Shown one piece after another: positions 1-9,202 of a stretch of 64,000 nt of DNA. How positions within the stretch are numbered: the first letter of the stretch is position 1; each line of letters begins with the position of its first letter. Both the position numbers and the translations under genes were made by a program. The notes below the pieces were generated by a model that worked only from the letters and a program-made list of their open reading frames with translations, was not told where the DNA came from and made no database searches. This stretch comes from an uncultured Bacilli bacterium (GTDB taxonomy: Bacteria; Bacillota_I; Bacilli_A; RFN20; CAG-826): the NCBI GenBank assembly GCA_944363525.1, contig CALVUF010000001.1:116497-180496 (forward strand). The letters are read 5' to 3'.

Positions 1-1
1 T

Positions 2-610
2 ATCTTCGTCTTATCAGGCATCTTCGATTCGGTTATTGAAGGGAGCTATTCCGCCCTCTATCCCCTCGATACCTTATTGCTCGGCCTTCTGATCGCTTTC
101 GTCAGCCTCTATGGGCTCTACAAATGGAAAAAGTGCGATACCAAGCATGTTTTCCCTGGCTGGTTGAAACTAGTTGAAGGGCTTGGCAAGGGGTTTGTTG
201 GTCTCGTGGCTCTCTTCTTTGCCGGGGATTTGGTCCTCTCGCTCATTACCATGGACTATTCTTTTGCCCATGCCGCCAGCACCTTTCCCCTCTATATGTT
301 GGCTCTTATCATGGTCGGCTATGTGGTGACTTGGCTTTTCGACATCAAGAAACGCTTTTTGGTCAATGCCATTCACCTGGGATTGACTGCTATCTTCGCC
401 ATCTGGTTCGGGATCGCCTATGCCCTTGACCCCTATTTCCTCAATTCCTCGATGGTCGCCTTCTTCCCGATTGACTTCATGGGCTCCTTGATGGTCGGGC
501 CGACGGTCTTAATCGTGGTCAACGCCATCCCGGCTTTGCTGGGGGTGGGGTTCTACTTGTTTGACTGGATTAAACTCCATCGCCAAGCGCCTTCCTCCAT
601 CAACGGCTAA
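2..610 (+). CDS. polytopic membrane protein, 5' end outside the window (PnuC-like transporter is only a guess)
   Basis: The frame is open from nt 2, so the TTG at 77 in the ORF track is not the true start. About six hydrophobic segments. Helix ends LYGLYKWKK and FYLFDWIKL resemble PnuC repeats by eye. Confidence 0.6.
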   Translation: MFVLSGIFDSVIEGSYSALYPLDTLLLGLLIAFVSLYGLYKWKKCDTKHVFPGWLKLVEGLGKGFVGLVALFFAGDLVLSLITMDYSFAHAASTFPLYMLALIMVGYVVTWLFDIKKRFLVNAIHLGLTAIFAIWFGIAYALDPYFLNSSMVAFFPIDFMGSLMVGPTVLIVVNAIPALLGVGFYLFDWIKLHRQAPSSING

Positions 611-697
611 GGGGCGAAATGAACCCTCTACGAACTTCGTTCGGGGTCGGTTTTCGCTTGGTCTTTCAAACTCGATGCAAAATAATGTAAAAAACCA

Positions 698-726
698 TTG
701 ATTTTGTTGTCCTATCCTCCTAGTAT
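698..726 (+). promoter_or_regulatory. sigma-A type promoter of the MATE gene
   Basis: TTGATT (698-703), 17-nt spacer, TAGTAT (721-726). Only 11 nt to ATG 738 and no Shine-Dalgarno sequence. Confidence 0.45.
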
Positions 727-737
727 GCCCCCTTGCA

Positions 738-2171
738 ATGAAAGCCTCTTCGCTTCCCTTAGTCCGGGTCTTCGCCCGGAATACCGCCCTCATAAGAATG
801 GCGGTCCCGGTGTTCCTCGAGATGATACTTTCGGTGGCCATGGGCTATGTCAACCAATTTTTGCTTTCCCCGGTCCCCTTAGCCTCGAACGCCGTCGCCC
901 AAGCCAACCAGATATCGAATATGTTCATCGTCTCCTTCTCGGTGCTTTCGACTTCCTCGCTCATCCTGCTCACCCAGCTATTGGGCAAAAACGATACCGC
1001 CACCGCCAAGAAGATATACAGCCTCTCGATTTACCTTAACCTCGTCATCGGCATCGTGGTGGCGGGCATATTATCCGGCTTAGCCTTCGTCGTCTTCCCC
1101 CTTATGGGGGTGGCGGAAAACGTCGTCCCCTTAGCCAAACTTTACTTGCTCATCACTGCCCCCTCGTTGGTCCTGCAGGCTTTGACCAATGTGCTCGGGT
1201 CCTTCCTAAGAGCCCATAAACGGCTGACTTTCCCGACCGTCGTCGCCTTCTTGACCAATATCATCAACGCGGTCGTGGCCTCGATATTCATCTTTGGTTT
1301 CCCTGATCAAACCATCGAATTCAAGCTGATCGGGGTCGGGATCGCGACCTGCGCTTCCCGCCTGGTTGGCTTAGCGGCCTCCTACATCTTCTTCAAGATG
1401 TCGATCAATGGCTCGCTGTCGGTCAAAAACCTTAAGCCCTTCCCCCATAAACTTTTGGGGCGGCTCATGGGCATCGGGCTGCCGACCGCCGGGGAGACCC
1501 TCTCCTATCAAGCCTCCCAGCTGGTTTTGGCCATCATCATCAATTACGCCGTCGGGGTCTTAGACCAAAACCTAAGGACCTATATCATCACCTTCACCTC
1601 GATCATCTACCTTTTCGCCCAGGGGACCGGGGTGGCGATGCAAGTCACCGAAGGGACGTTATTGGGCAAAGGGAAGAAAGACGAGGCCGCCCGGCTGGTC
1701 CAAGACGTCGGGACCATGGCCCGGACCGTCTCCTTCATCATGGCGTTGCTGATCACCGCGTTGGCTTATCCGATCTTCACCGCCTTGATGCATCAAGCCT
1801 ATGCCGACCCCTCGGTCAACGTCGATAATACCTCCCTCCATACCATCGGGATGATGGCGATCTTCTGTATGCTCATCGACGTCGTCTTAGACCAAGGGCG
1901 GGCCACCAACCTCGTTTACGTCAAAGGGCTCGAGACGGCGGGCGACATCAACTTCCCCGTCGCCTGCTCGATCGTCACCTCCTGGGTTTTCACCGTCGGG
2001 GTCTCGGCATTGCTTTGCATCGTCTGCGGCCTTGGCATATACGGGGCCTTCATCGGGGCGGCCTTAGACGAATGCGTCCGGGCGGTATTGTTCTATATCC
2101 GCTGGAAGAAAGGCGGATGGCGGAATAAGGCCATCACCAAGGGGCTCGGGGAGGAAAAATCCGCCGAGTAA
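738..2171 (+). CDS. MATE family efflux transporter
   Basis: 477 aa with about 12 TM segments. The N-terminal block IRMAVPVFLEMILSVAMGYVNQFLLS is typical of MATE/NorM proteins. Confidence 0.8.
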   Translation: MKASSLPLVRVFARNTALIRMAVPVFLEMILSVAMGYVNQFLLSPVPLASNAVAQANQISNMFIVSFSVLSTSSLILLTQLLGKNDTATAKKIYSLSIYLNLVIGIVVAGILSGLAFVVFPLMGVAENVVPLAKLYLLITAPSLVLQALTNVLGSFLRAHKRLTFPTVVAFLTNIINAVVASIFIFGFPDQTIEFKLIGVGIATCASRLVGLAASYIFFKMSINGSLSVKNLKPFPHKLLGRLMGIGLPTAGETLSYQASQLVLAIIINYAVGVLDQNLRTYIITFTSIIYLFAQGTGVAMQVTEGTLLGKGKKDEAARLVQDVGTMARTVSFIMALLITALAYPIFTALMHQAYADPSVNVDNTSLHTIGMMAIFCMLIDVVLDQGRATNLVYVKGLETAGDINFPVACSIVTSWVFTVGVSALLCIVCGLGIYGAFIGAALDECVRAVLFYIRWKKGGWRNKAITKGLGEEKSAE

Positions 2172-2196
2172 AAACCGGCCTTCGAAGCGAATAAAG

Positions 2197-2225
2197 TTGC
2201 CTTGATTCCGGCGGCGTGCTATATT
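2197..2225 (+). promoter_or_regulatory. promoter of the rimP-nusA-infB operon
   Basis: TTGCCT (2197-2202), 17-nt spacer, TATATT (2220-2225). Confidence 0.5.
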
Positions 2226-2270
2226 CCCCTTGCGGAAATCCCGAAGCGGTTCCGTGAAGCGAAACTTATC

Positions 2271-2299
2271 AGAGTGGCCTTCGAGCCACTCTTTCTATT
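2271..2299 (+). promoter_or_regulatory. leader hairpin with weak U-tract (candidate attenuator) upstream of rimP
   Basis: AGAGTGGC (2271-2278) / loop CTTCGA / GCCACTCT (2285-2292), followed by TTCTATT. It lies between the predicted promoter and the rimP SD GAAGGAGG. Confidence 0.45.
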
Positions 2300-2311
2300 G
2301 AAGGAGGGACA

Positions 2312-2764
2312 ATGAGCGAAATCGAACGCACCTTAGTCGAATTGCTGCAGCCGAGGATCAACGAGCTCGGCTATGACCTTTATGACCTGAGCTTCAAGGG
2401 CGGGTCGTTGCAGATCGTCATCGATCGGAAAGAGCCGATATCCCTTGATGACGTCGTCAGCGTCTCGGAAGCGGTCTCCGCCATCCTTGATGAAGCCGAC
2501 CCGATCGAAGGGGCCTATACCCTAGACCTCAGCTCAGCTGGGGCCGAGAAGCGGATCGCCCTCGATAAACTCGAGGATTACGTCGGCTCCTACCTCGCCC
2601 TCCATCTCTCCCATCCTTACAAAGGGGAAAACGATCTCCAGGGGACCTTGGTCAATATCACCCCCGAGACCGTGGACCTCGAGATCGCCATCAAGGCGCG
2701 CAAACAAATAGTCCAGTTAAACCGGGCGGGCGTCGAGAAGGCCCGCCTCGCCATCAAATTCTAG
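2312..2764 (+). CDS. rimP: ribosome maturation factor RimP
   Basis: 150 aa. Position upstream of nusA. Typical blocks LGYDLYDL, LQIVIDR and YTLDLSSAGAEKRI. Confidence 0.9.
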   Translation: MSEIERTLVELLQPRINELGYDLYDLSFKGGSLQIVIDRKEPISLDDVVSVSEAVSAILDEADPIEGAYTLDLSSAGAEKRIALDKLEDYVGSYLALHLSHPYKGENDLQGTLVNITPETVDLEIAIKARKQIVQLNRAGVEKARLAIKF

Positions 2765-2776
2765 AAAGGAAACACC

Positions 2777-4501
2777 ATGCCAAGAAAATCCACTCCCGTC
2801 CAGGAACGGCCGCCGTTCCTCGAATCGCTCCAGGCCCTCAGCGAATCCAAAGGGCTGACCGACGAAGACGTCCTCGCCGCCTTAGAGGAGGCGACCTGCC
2901 GGGCCTACATCAAAGAACTCGGCGGGGGCGATGATGCCGTCGTCACCTGCCATATCGACCCCGAGACCGGTTCGGTCTACCTCGCCCAGGTCAAGAAAGT
3001 GACTGAGGAAGACGACATCACCGATGACTTCCTCCAAGTCTCGGTCGAGGAAGCCAACGAAGGCTTAAAGGAAGCGAAGTACAAAGTCGGGGACGATTTC
3101 GAGATCCCCTGCCCGATGAGCCAGGTCACCGCCGTCTTGGCCAAGGCCATCAAGAACAACTTCCGGGCCCGCTTAGCCGAAGCCGAACGGGTCGCCCTCT
3201 ACCGGGTTTACAAAGACCATATCGGCGAGATGATGGTCGGGACCGTCGAGAAGAGCGACGACAAGACCACCACCATCTCGATCGGGCGGACCACCATCGA
3301 ATTGACCCGTAAGGAATTGATCGGGGACGAATACTTCCGGATCGGCGACCAGATCAAGGTCTACATCCAGGAAGTCCGACCGGCCCAAACCACCGACGGC
3401 AAGCCGAGCCGTGGGCCCCAGATCGAGGCCACCCGCTCCTCCGAAGGCTTCCTCAAGCGGCTCTTTGAGGAAGAGATCCACGAGATCTACGACGGGACCG
3501 TCCTCATCAAAGGCATCGCAAGGCGGGCGGGGATCCGGAGCAAAGTCGCCGTCGCCTCCAATAACGAAGACGTCGACGCCACCGGGGCCTGCATCGGCCA
3601 AGGCGGCTCCCGGATCCAACGGATCGTCAATCAGCTCGGCAACGGGAAGAGCAAAGAGAAGATTGACATCATCAATTATTCCGACAACCCCGGCATGTTC
3701 ATCATTGAGGCGGTCCGGCCGGCCCAAGCCATCGGCATCAACGTCGATGAGGAGGACAAGGAAGCTGACGTCATCATCGCCGACGACGCCCTCAAGATCG
3801 CCAAAGGGTCGCGCGACATCAACCTCAACCTCGCCCAGAAGCTAACCGGCTATACCATCCACCTCATCCCGAAATCGGAAGCCGACGCCGACCAGATCGA
3901 ATACACCCTGGCCGAAGACGTCAAGGCCGAGGCCGAGGAGGAAAAGAAGCAGAAAGCCCAGGAAGAACTCACCAAGAAGATGGCCGAGGAAAGCGCCAAG
4001 CGGCTCGCCGAAGCCAAGAAGGTCGAGGTCAAGAAAGCCGAGGCCCCTTCCGTCGAAGCCAAGGACGAACCAGTCGTCAAAGTCACCCCCAAAGCCAGCG
4101 CCGCCCCCGAATCCTTCCCCTCGGAAGCCATCAATCCAGCCGCCGCGGCCTTAGCCGAGCTCAACAAAAAGAAGGAAGAGCCGGTCAAGGAAGAGTCGCA
4201 GGACGTCAAGACGACCACCACCCTCTCCGACCTCGAGAAAGAGCTCGAGGAGGCGAAGGAGAAGAAGACCAAGCCGGTCGCCAAATCCAAACGCCCGCGC
4301 AAGATCACCGAAGAGGAAGTTAAGCGCGAACCCGCCTCCCCGGCGAAGCCCGCCGGCCCGACCATGCCGGTTTACACCGACGAGGAGCTCTCGGAGATCG
4401 AGGAAGAGGACATCCATAACGGCGATTTCGACGATACCGAAGACGATATCGAGGACGATTTCAGCGAATACGACCGTTATTACGATGACGACGGGAAGTA
4501 A
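2777..4501 (+). CDS. nusA: transcription termination/antitermination factor NusA with a long low-complexity C-terminal tail
   Basis: N-terminal, S1 and two KH regions are recognisable (GACIGQGGSRIQ is the GxxG KH motif). SD AAAGGAAA lies upstream. The last ~210 aa are K/E/A/P-rich and end in a D/E-rich run. Confidence 0.95.
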   Translation: MPRKSTPVQERPPFLESLQALSESKGLTDEDVLAALEEATCRAYIKELGGGDDAVVTCHIDPETGSVYLAQVKKVTEEDDITDDFLQVSVEEANEGLKEAKYKVGDDFEIPCPMSQVTAVLAKAIKNNFRARLAEAERVALYRVYKDHIGEMMVGTVEKSDDKTTTISIGRTTIELTRKELIGDEYFRIGDQIKVYIQEVRPAQTTDGKPSRGPQIEATRSSEGFLKRLFEEEIHEIYDGTVLIKGIARRAGIRSKVAVASNNEDVDATGACIGQGGSRIQRIVNQLGNGKSKEKIDIINYSDNPGMFIIEAVRPAQAIGINVDEEDKEADVIIADDALKIAKGSRDINLNLAQKLTGYTIHLIPKSEADADQIEYTLAEDVKAEAEEEKKQKAQEELTKKMAEESAKRLAEAKKVEVKKAEAPSVEAKDEPVVKVTPKASAAPESFPSEAINPAAAALAELNKKKEEPVKEESQDVKTTTTLSDLEKELEEAKEKKTKPVAKSKRPRKITEEEVKREPASPAKPAGPTMPVYTDEELSEIEEEDIHNGDFDDTEDDIEDDFSEYDRYYDDDGK

Positions 4502-4762
4502 ATGCGGATCATCCCTCAACGGATGGACGTCCTGACCAGGAAGAGCCACCCCAAGCAATCCCTGCTGCGGGTGGTCCTTAGTCCGGCGCCCCGAATCGAT
4601 TACGCGCAAGACCAATTAGGACGGGCCATCTATTTCGCCCCCGACTTAGCCGCCTTCGAGCTGGCCTTAAAAAAAGGACGGCTAAGACGATACGGGCTAA
4701 GCGAGGAAACAATCGCGGAGATCAGGCAATGGATAAAGAATACGGATTCCTCGGCTTGCTGA
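4502..4762 (+). CDS. ylxR: YlxR/RnpM family RNA-binding protein (DUF448)
   Basis: 86 aa, immediately after the nusA stop. Blocks LLRVV and GRAIYF with a basic C-terminus are typical of YlxR. Synteny is conserved. Confidence 0.85.
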   Translation: MRIIPQRMDVLTRKSHPKQSLLRVVLSPAPRIDYAQDQLGRAIYFAPDLAAFELALKKGRLRRYGLSEETIAEIRQWIKNTDSSAC

Positions 4763-5019
4763 ACAAAGCCGGGAAGCTCGCCTTTGGGGAGGCGATCTAC
4801 GGTTCCCGCCCGCGCCTATTGCTCATCGCGACGACCGCTTCGGCAAACTCGAAGAAGCGGTTACTTGACTTCGCCGCCTTTAAGAAGATCCCCTATTTGG
4901 AAGAAGACGGGGAGAAAATGGGGCAAGCCCTTGGGAGGGATTTCCTCTCCGGACTCGCCATCATCGACGATAAGGCGGCCAAAGCCTATTTGCAGAAGAA
5001 AGGAAAGGAGAACATATGA
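4729..5019 (+). CDS. ylxQ: L7Ae-family ribosome-associated protein YlxQ
   Basis: 96 aa. LGLLNKAGKLAFGE matches the YlxQ N-terminus. Located between ylxR and infB; 34-nt overlap with ylxR. Confidence 0.8.
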   Translation: MDKEYGFLGLLNKAGKLAFGEAIYGSRPRLLLIATTASANSKKRLLDFAAFKKIPYLEEDGEKMGQALGRDFLSGLAIIDDKAAKAYLQKKGKENI

Positions 5020-6872
5020 AAGGGAAGAGCAATTTCCATAAGAAGAACAACAACCCGCATCCAAACCGGGTCAGCAACTTCACCCCCAATAAGGGCAAGA
5101 AAGAGGTCGCGCCGAAAGTCAACGGCGGCGTCTTCGTCTATTCCAAGCCCCTTTCCGTCGGCGAGTTCTCGAAAGCCATCGCCGTCCCCGTCAACGACAT
5201 CATCAAGGCCCTGTTCATGCAGGGGAAGATGGTCACCATTAACCAGATCCTCGACGACGAGGCCATCGGGACCGTCTGCTTGGAGTTTGGCTACGACTTC
5301 AAGAAGGAGAAGATCGTCGACGCCGCCCATTTCGAGGAAATCGAGATCGTCGATGACCCGGAAAATTTAGTTGAACGGCCTCCGGTCGTCACCATCATGG
5401 GCCACGTCGACCATGGCAAGACGACCTTAATCGACGCCATCCGGAGCTCCCATATCGTCGACACCGAAGCCGGCGGCATCTCCCAGGAGATCGGCGCCTA
5501 TCAAGTCGAGATCAACGGGAAGAAGATCACCTTTATCGACACCCCGGGCCACGCCGCCTTCACCGCCATGCGGGCGCGCGGCGCCTCGGTCACCGACATC
5601 GTTGTCTTAGTGGTGGCGGCCGATGACGGGGTCATGCCCCAAACCTTGGAGGCCATCGACCACGCCAAAGCGGCCGGCGTCCCCATCATCGTCGCCGTCA
5701 ACAAGATCGATAAGCCTGGGGCCAACCCCCATAAGGTCTTAGAGGAACTAATGGCCCACGATGTCATCGCCGAGGAATTCGGCGGCGACGTCATGAGCGT
5801 CAATATCTCGGCCAAAAAGAAAGAAGGCATCGACGAATTGCTCGAGATGATCGCCTTAAAGGCTGAAATGCTCGAACTCAAGGCCAACCCGAATCGTTAC
5901 GCCATCGGGACGGTCCTCGAGTCCGAACTCGATAAGGGCGAGGGGCCGAAAGCCACCTTGCTCGTCCAAAACGGGACCCTTAACGCCGGGGACTTCGTGG
6001 TCGTCGGCGAGACCTATGGCAAGATAAGACGGATGACCAATGAGCACCGCTCGGTCTTAAAAAGCGCCCCCCCGAGCACCCCGGTGGCCGTCATCGGTTT
6101 AGCCAGCGTCCCCTCGGCCGGGGACCGCTTCATGGCCTTCCCGGAAGAAAGACAAGCCAAGGAAGTGGCGGAAGAACGGGCCTTAGCCAAGCAAAACGAA
6201 GCGCGGTCCGGCACTTCGGCGATGTCCTTATCCGACCTCAATAACCTGGTCAACGCCGGCAAGGTCAAGGATTTCAACGTCATCGTTAAGTCCGATAGCA
6301 ACGGGACCGCCGAGGCCTTGAAGGCCAACTTGGAGAAGATGTCGACCGATAAGGTCAAGATCCATGTCCTCCTCGCTTCGGCTGGGGCCATCTCCGATTC
6401 CGACATCATGTTAGCGAGCGCCTCCCACGCCATCATCTTCGGCTTCGCGGTCCGCCCGGATGCGAGAGTCCGGCAATTAGCTGAGGAAAACCACGTCGAG
6501 ATCCGGCTCCATAACATCATCTATGAAGTGTTAGATGAGATGGAGGCCGCCCTCAAGGGGATGGTCGACGTCGAGAAAGTCGAGTCGGTCTTAGGCGAGG
6601 CCGAGATCCGCCACATCTACAAAATCACCCACGTCGGGACGGTCGGAGGTTCTTATGTCACCTCCGGTCTACTGAAGTCGGGGGCCAAAGTTCGGCTTAT
6701 CCGGGCGGGCGTCGTCATCTACGACGGCAAGCTCGGCTCCTTGAAACGGTTCAAAGATGACGTCAAGGAAGTCAAGGAAGGCTATGAATGCGGCCTCACG
6801 ATCGAAGGGTATAACGACATCAAGGAAGGCGACCGGGTCGAAGCCTACGAGCTGGTCGAGAAGGCCGAGTAA
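5016..6872 (+). CDS. infB: translation initiation factor IF-2
   Basis: G-domain motifs [14 protein letters not shown] and NKID. ATGA overlap with the ylxQ stop; SD AAGGAG. Confidence 0.97.
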   Translation: MKGKSNFHKKNNNPHPNRVSNFTPNKGKKEVAPKVNGGVFVYSKPLSVGEFSKAIAVPVNDIIKALFMQGKMVTINQILDDEAIGTVCLEFGYDFKKEKIVDAAHFEEIEIVDDPENLVERPPVVTIMGHVDHGKTTLIDAIRSSHIVDTEAGGISQEIGAYQVEINGKKITFIDTPGHAAFTAMRARGASVTDIVVLVVAADDGVMPQTLEAIDHAKAAGVPIIVAVNKIDKPGANPHKVLEELMAHDVIAEEFGGDVMSVNISAKKKEGIDELLEMIALKAEMLELKANPNRYAIGTVLESELDKGEGPKATLLVQNGTLNAGDFVVVGETYGKIRRMTNEHRSVLKSAPPSTPVAVIGLASVPSAGDRFMAFPEERQAKEVAEERALAKQNEARSGTSAMSLSDLNNLVNAGKVKDFNVIVKSDSNGTAEALKANLEKMSTDKVKIHVLLASAGAISDSDIMLASASHAIIFGFAVRPDARVRQLAEENHVEIRLHNIIYEVLDEMEAALKGMVDVEKVESVLGEAEIRHIYKITHVGTVGGSYVTSGLLKSGAKVRLIRAGVVIYDGKLGSLKRFKDDVKEVKEGYECGLTIEGYNDIKEGDRVEAYELVEKAE

Positions 6873-7235
6873 ATGGCCGACCGCCAGGGACGGCTTAAAG
6901 CCGTCATCGGCAAAGACATCGCCGACATCGTCTCCCGCGAGATCAAGAACCCCCATGTGGGATTAGTCTCAGTCAACGAGGTGGTGGTCAACGCCGATTG
7001 CTCGGAAGCCCGGGTCTACGTCACCTTCTTCGAGGCGGGGCATGAGAAAACCCGTCTTAAAGAGCTGAAGAAAAGCGAGGGGTTCGTCCGGACCTCTTTA
7101 GCCAAAAAGCTCGATGTCTACAAAGTCCCGAAGGTCAGCTTCTATTTGGATGAGACCTTCAAGAAGGCCGCCTCGTTGGAGGATGCGCTTTCGCGGGAAC
7201 AGCAGCAATTAGACGAATTAGCCGATAAGCGTTAA
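6873..7235 (+). CDS. rbfA: ribosome-binding factor A
   Basis: 120 aa, starting directly after the infB stop. Typical RbfA blocks (VSVNEVVVNADCSEARVYV). Confidence 0.9.
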   Translation: MADRQGRLKAVIGKDIADIVSREIKNPHVGLVSVNEVVVNADCSEARVYVTFFEAGHEKTRLKELKKSEGFVRTSLAKKLDVYKVPKVSFYLDETFKKAASLEDALSREQQQLDELADKR

Positions 7236-8336
7236 TTCGAGACGCCGCCCCTTACCGAGTTTGAGTTTCTCCTCAAACCCGGCTAAGCGGGCGGTTTTCT
7301 TATTGGCCGCTTGATAAACAAAGGTCAAGGGGTTCTTCTTCTTGGCCTCTAGATGCAAAGCGAAAAGGAAGCATTCGAGGGCTTCTTTTTCCTTGTTTGC
7401 TTTATACGACAATAGGGTGACGGTCATCTCCATCCGGCCGGTCTCCTGGAATTGGACCGCCCCGAACACCTTCTTCTTATCGAGGAAGACGTAGGTCAGG
7501 CAGTGCGGCTGCAAGGGCTTTAAACCCTTAATCGCGTTATATTCGATGGCCAGTTCGCTGAGCAATAAGGGGCGAATGGTCAGCTTTTTCCCGACATAAT
7601 GCTCCTTATGGAGGGCCGGGAGGTTCAAAGCCTCGGCGTTATTGAGGGCGGCCCCTAAGTTGAAATGGGCTTCCTCCCGGAGGCTATACAGTTCCGCTAG
7701 GGTCTCCTTGGCGAATTGCCGTTCGGTCTCCCCGTCATTGGGGCAGATCTTGCCCATGACCGGGAGCCCTTCTTCCTTCGCCATGCCCGAGAGGTCGCTT
7801 TCGAAGCAATCGAGCAACGGGCGGATGAAGGTGATATTGGCTCTTTCCAAATGCATCTTCGGCTCAAAACTAGCGATCCGTCCCCCGTGGATGGCGTTCA
7901 TGAGCAACGTCTCCAAGCAATCGTCTTTATGGTGGGCGAAGGCGACCTTATTGGCCTTGAGTTCGTGGGCCGCTTCGTTGATGGCGGCTTTTTTCATTCT
8001 GGAGCAGATCGAGCAGGGCAAGCGGCCTTTTTTGGCGTGGAGCTTTAAAATCTCGTAAACGTCATGGCAGTCTTTAACGATGAGTTTAAGCCCAAGGGAG
8101 GCGCAGTAATCGGAAATTGGCTGAGGGTCGAAGCCCGGGAAGCCCAGGTCGAGGCAAACCGGATAGAGGGTGAAGCGCTTGCCTGAGAACAATCCATAAA
8201 TCGACATCGCCTTGAGCAGGCAAAGCGAATCTTTCCCTCCGGAGATCCCGAGGACGATCCGGTCCCCTTTCTCAATCAAATCGTAGGCCTCATCGGCTTT
8301 CCGGAGGCAGGCTAAGACGCGGCGGATGTATTTCAT
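7218..8336 (-). CDS. PP-loop ATP pyrophosphatase (TtcA/TilS-like tRNA thiolation family) with an extra ~140-aa C-terminal domain
   Basis: SGGKDS PP-loop in VLGISGGKDSLCLL, plus CSICSR and further Cys residues. Start trimmed to the ATG at 8336 (MKYIRRVL) because the longer ORF runs antisense into truB. Confidence 0.75.
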   Translation of the reverse strand: MKYIRRVLACLRKADEAYDLIEKGDRIVLGISGGKDSLCLLKAMSIYGLFSGKRFTLYPVCLDLGFPGFDPQPISDYCASLGLKLIVKDCHDVYEILKLHAKKGRLPCSICSRMKKAAINEAAHELKANKVAFAHHKDDCLETLLMNAIHGGRIASFEPKMHLERANITFIRPLLDCFESDLSGMAKEEGLPVMGKICPNDGETERQFAKETLAELYSLREEAHFNLGAALNNAEALNLPALHKEHYVGKKLTIRPLLLSELAIEYNAIKGLKPLQPHCLTYVFLDKKKVFGAVQFQETGRMEMTVTLLSYKANKEKEALECFLFALHLEAKKKNPLTFVYQAANKKTARLAGFEEKLKLGKGRRLELTLIG

Positions 8337-8344
8337 AACCCGTT

Positions 8345-8356
8345 CATTATATAATG
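8345..8356. promoter_or_regulatory. palindromic back-to-back -10 boxes for the divergent PP-loop gene and truB
   Basis: CATTATATAATG is a perfect palindrome. TATAAT reads on + (8350-8355) and on - (8351-8346), each 9 nt from its ATG (8365 and 8336). Confidence 0.45.
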
Positions 8357-8364
8357 ATTTGGTT

Positions 8365-9201
8365 ATGGACGGCATCCTCATCCTCGATAAACCGATCGGC
8401 TTAACCTGCCGGCAGATCGATAACGCCATCATGAAGGCGCTGGGCAGTAAAAAGGTGGGGCATTTAGGGACCCTTGACCCTTTTGCCTCGGGGGTGCTAG
8501 TCATCGCCGTCAATAAGGGGACGAAGTTTTTGCCCTATTTAGGCGGGGGAGTGAAGTCGTATCTTGCGACTTTGAAGCTTGGGGAGGCAACCGATACCCT
8601 TGATAACGAAGGGCAAATCGTCATGCGCGCCCCTGTCCCCCGGCTAAACGAAAAGCAAGTGGCCGCCGCCTTGAAGGAATTCCTCGGGAAATCGATCCAA
8701 TTATCCCCAGCCTATTCGGCGGTGAAAATCGATGGGAAGCCGGCCTATAAGTACGCAAGAGAAGGGCAAGAGGTCAAGCGGAAGCAACGGACCATCGAGG
8801 TCTATGACGTCAATTTGCTCCAGTATAAGCCGCCTTATATCGATTTCTCGCTTACCGTCAGCGAAGGCACCTACATCCGGGTCATCGGGGAGGATTTGGC
8901 GAAGAAACTGGGGACTCTCGGGCATTTGACCGCCCTCCGACGACTGGCGGTCGGGCCTTTTAGCCTAAAGGACGCCCTGCCATATTCCGCCTCCTCTTTC
9001 CCTTGCCTGCTCAATCCGACCCCCTATGTCGATTTGCCGCGATTCCCAATCGAAGGGGAGACCTTAAAGAAAGCCTATTCGGGGATGAAGCTGAAGCTCG
9101 ATTGCCAAGAGGACAAAGTCCTGCTCCTCGATGGAGGCAAGGCGGTCGCCGTTTATTCTAAAGATGGGGACATTTATCGTGCCGAAAGGGGGCTTTTCTA
9201 G
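8365..9201 (+). CDS. truB: tRNA pseudouridine-55 synthase TruB
   Basis: MDGILILDKPIGLT and HLGTLDPFASGVL motifs. Start moved from 8326 to 8365 to match the conserved N-terminus. Confidence 0.93.
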   Translation: MDGILILDKPIGLTCRQIDNAIMKALGSKKVGHLGTLDPFASGVLVIAVNKGTKFLPYLGGGVKSYLATLKLGEATDTLDNEGQIVMRAPVPRLNEKQVAAALKEFLGKSIQLSPAYSAVKIDGKPAYKYAREGQEVKRKQRTIEVYDVNLLQYKPPYIDFSLTVSEGTYIRVIGEDLAKKLGTLGHLTALRRLAVGPFSLKDALPYSASSFPCLLNPTPYVDLPRFPIEGETLKKAYSGMKLKLDCQEDKVLLLDGGKAVAVYSKDGDIYRAERGLF

Positions 9202-9202
9202 A

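Noticed and set aside
3173-4615. Long antisense and alternative-frame ORFs inside nusA (3173-3727 -, 3411-3845 +, 3850-4365 -, 4151-4615 -), and similar ones inside infB, pnp, rnj, ftsK, alaS and others.
   Set aside because: They lie entirely within well-supported conserved genes, have Arg/Pro/Gly/Ser-rich junk-like composition, and have no SD. They are the expected by-product of strong GC3 bias, which removes stop codons from the other frames.
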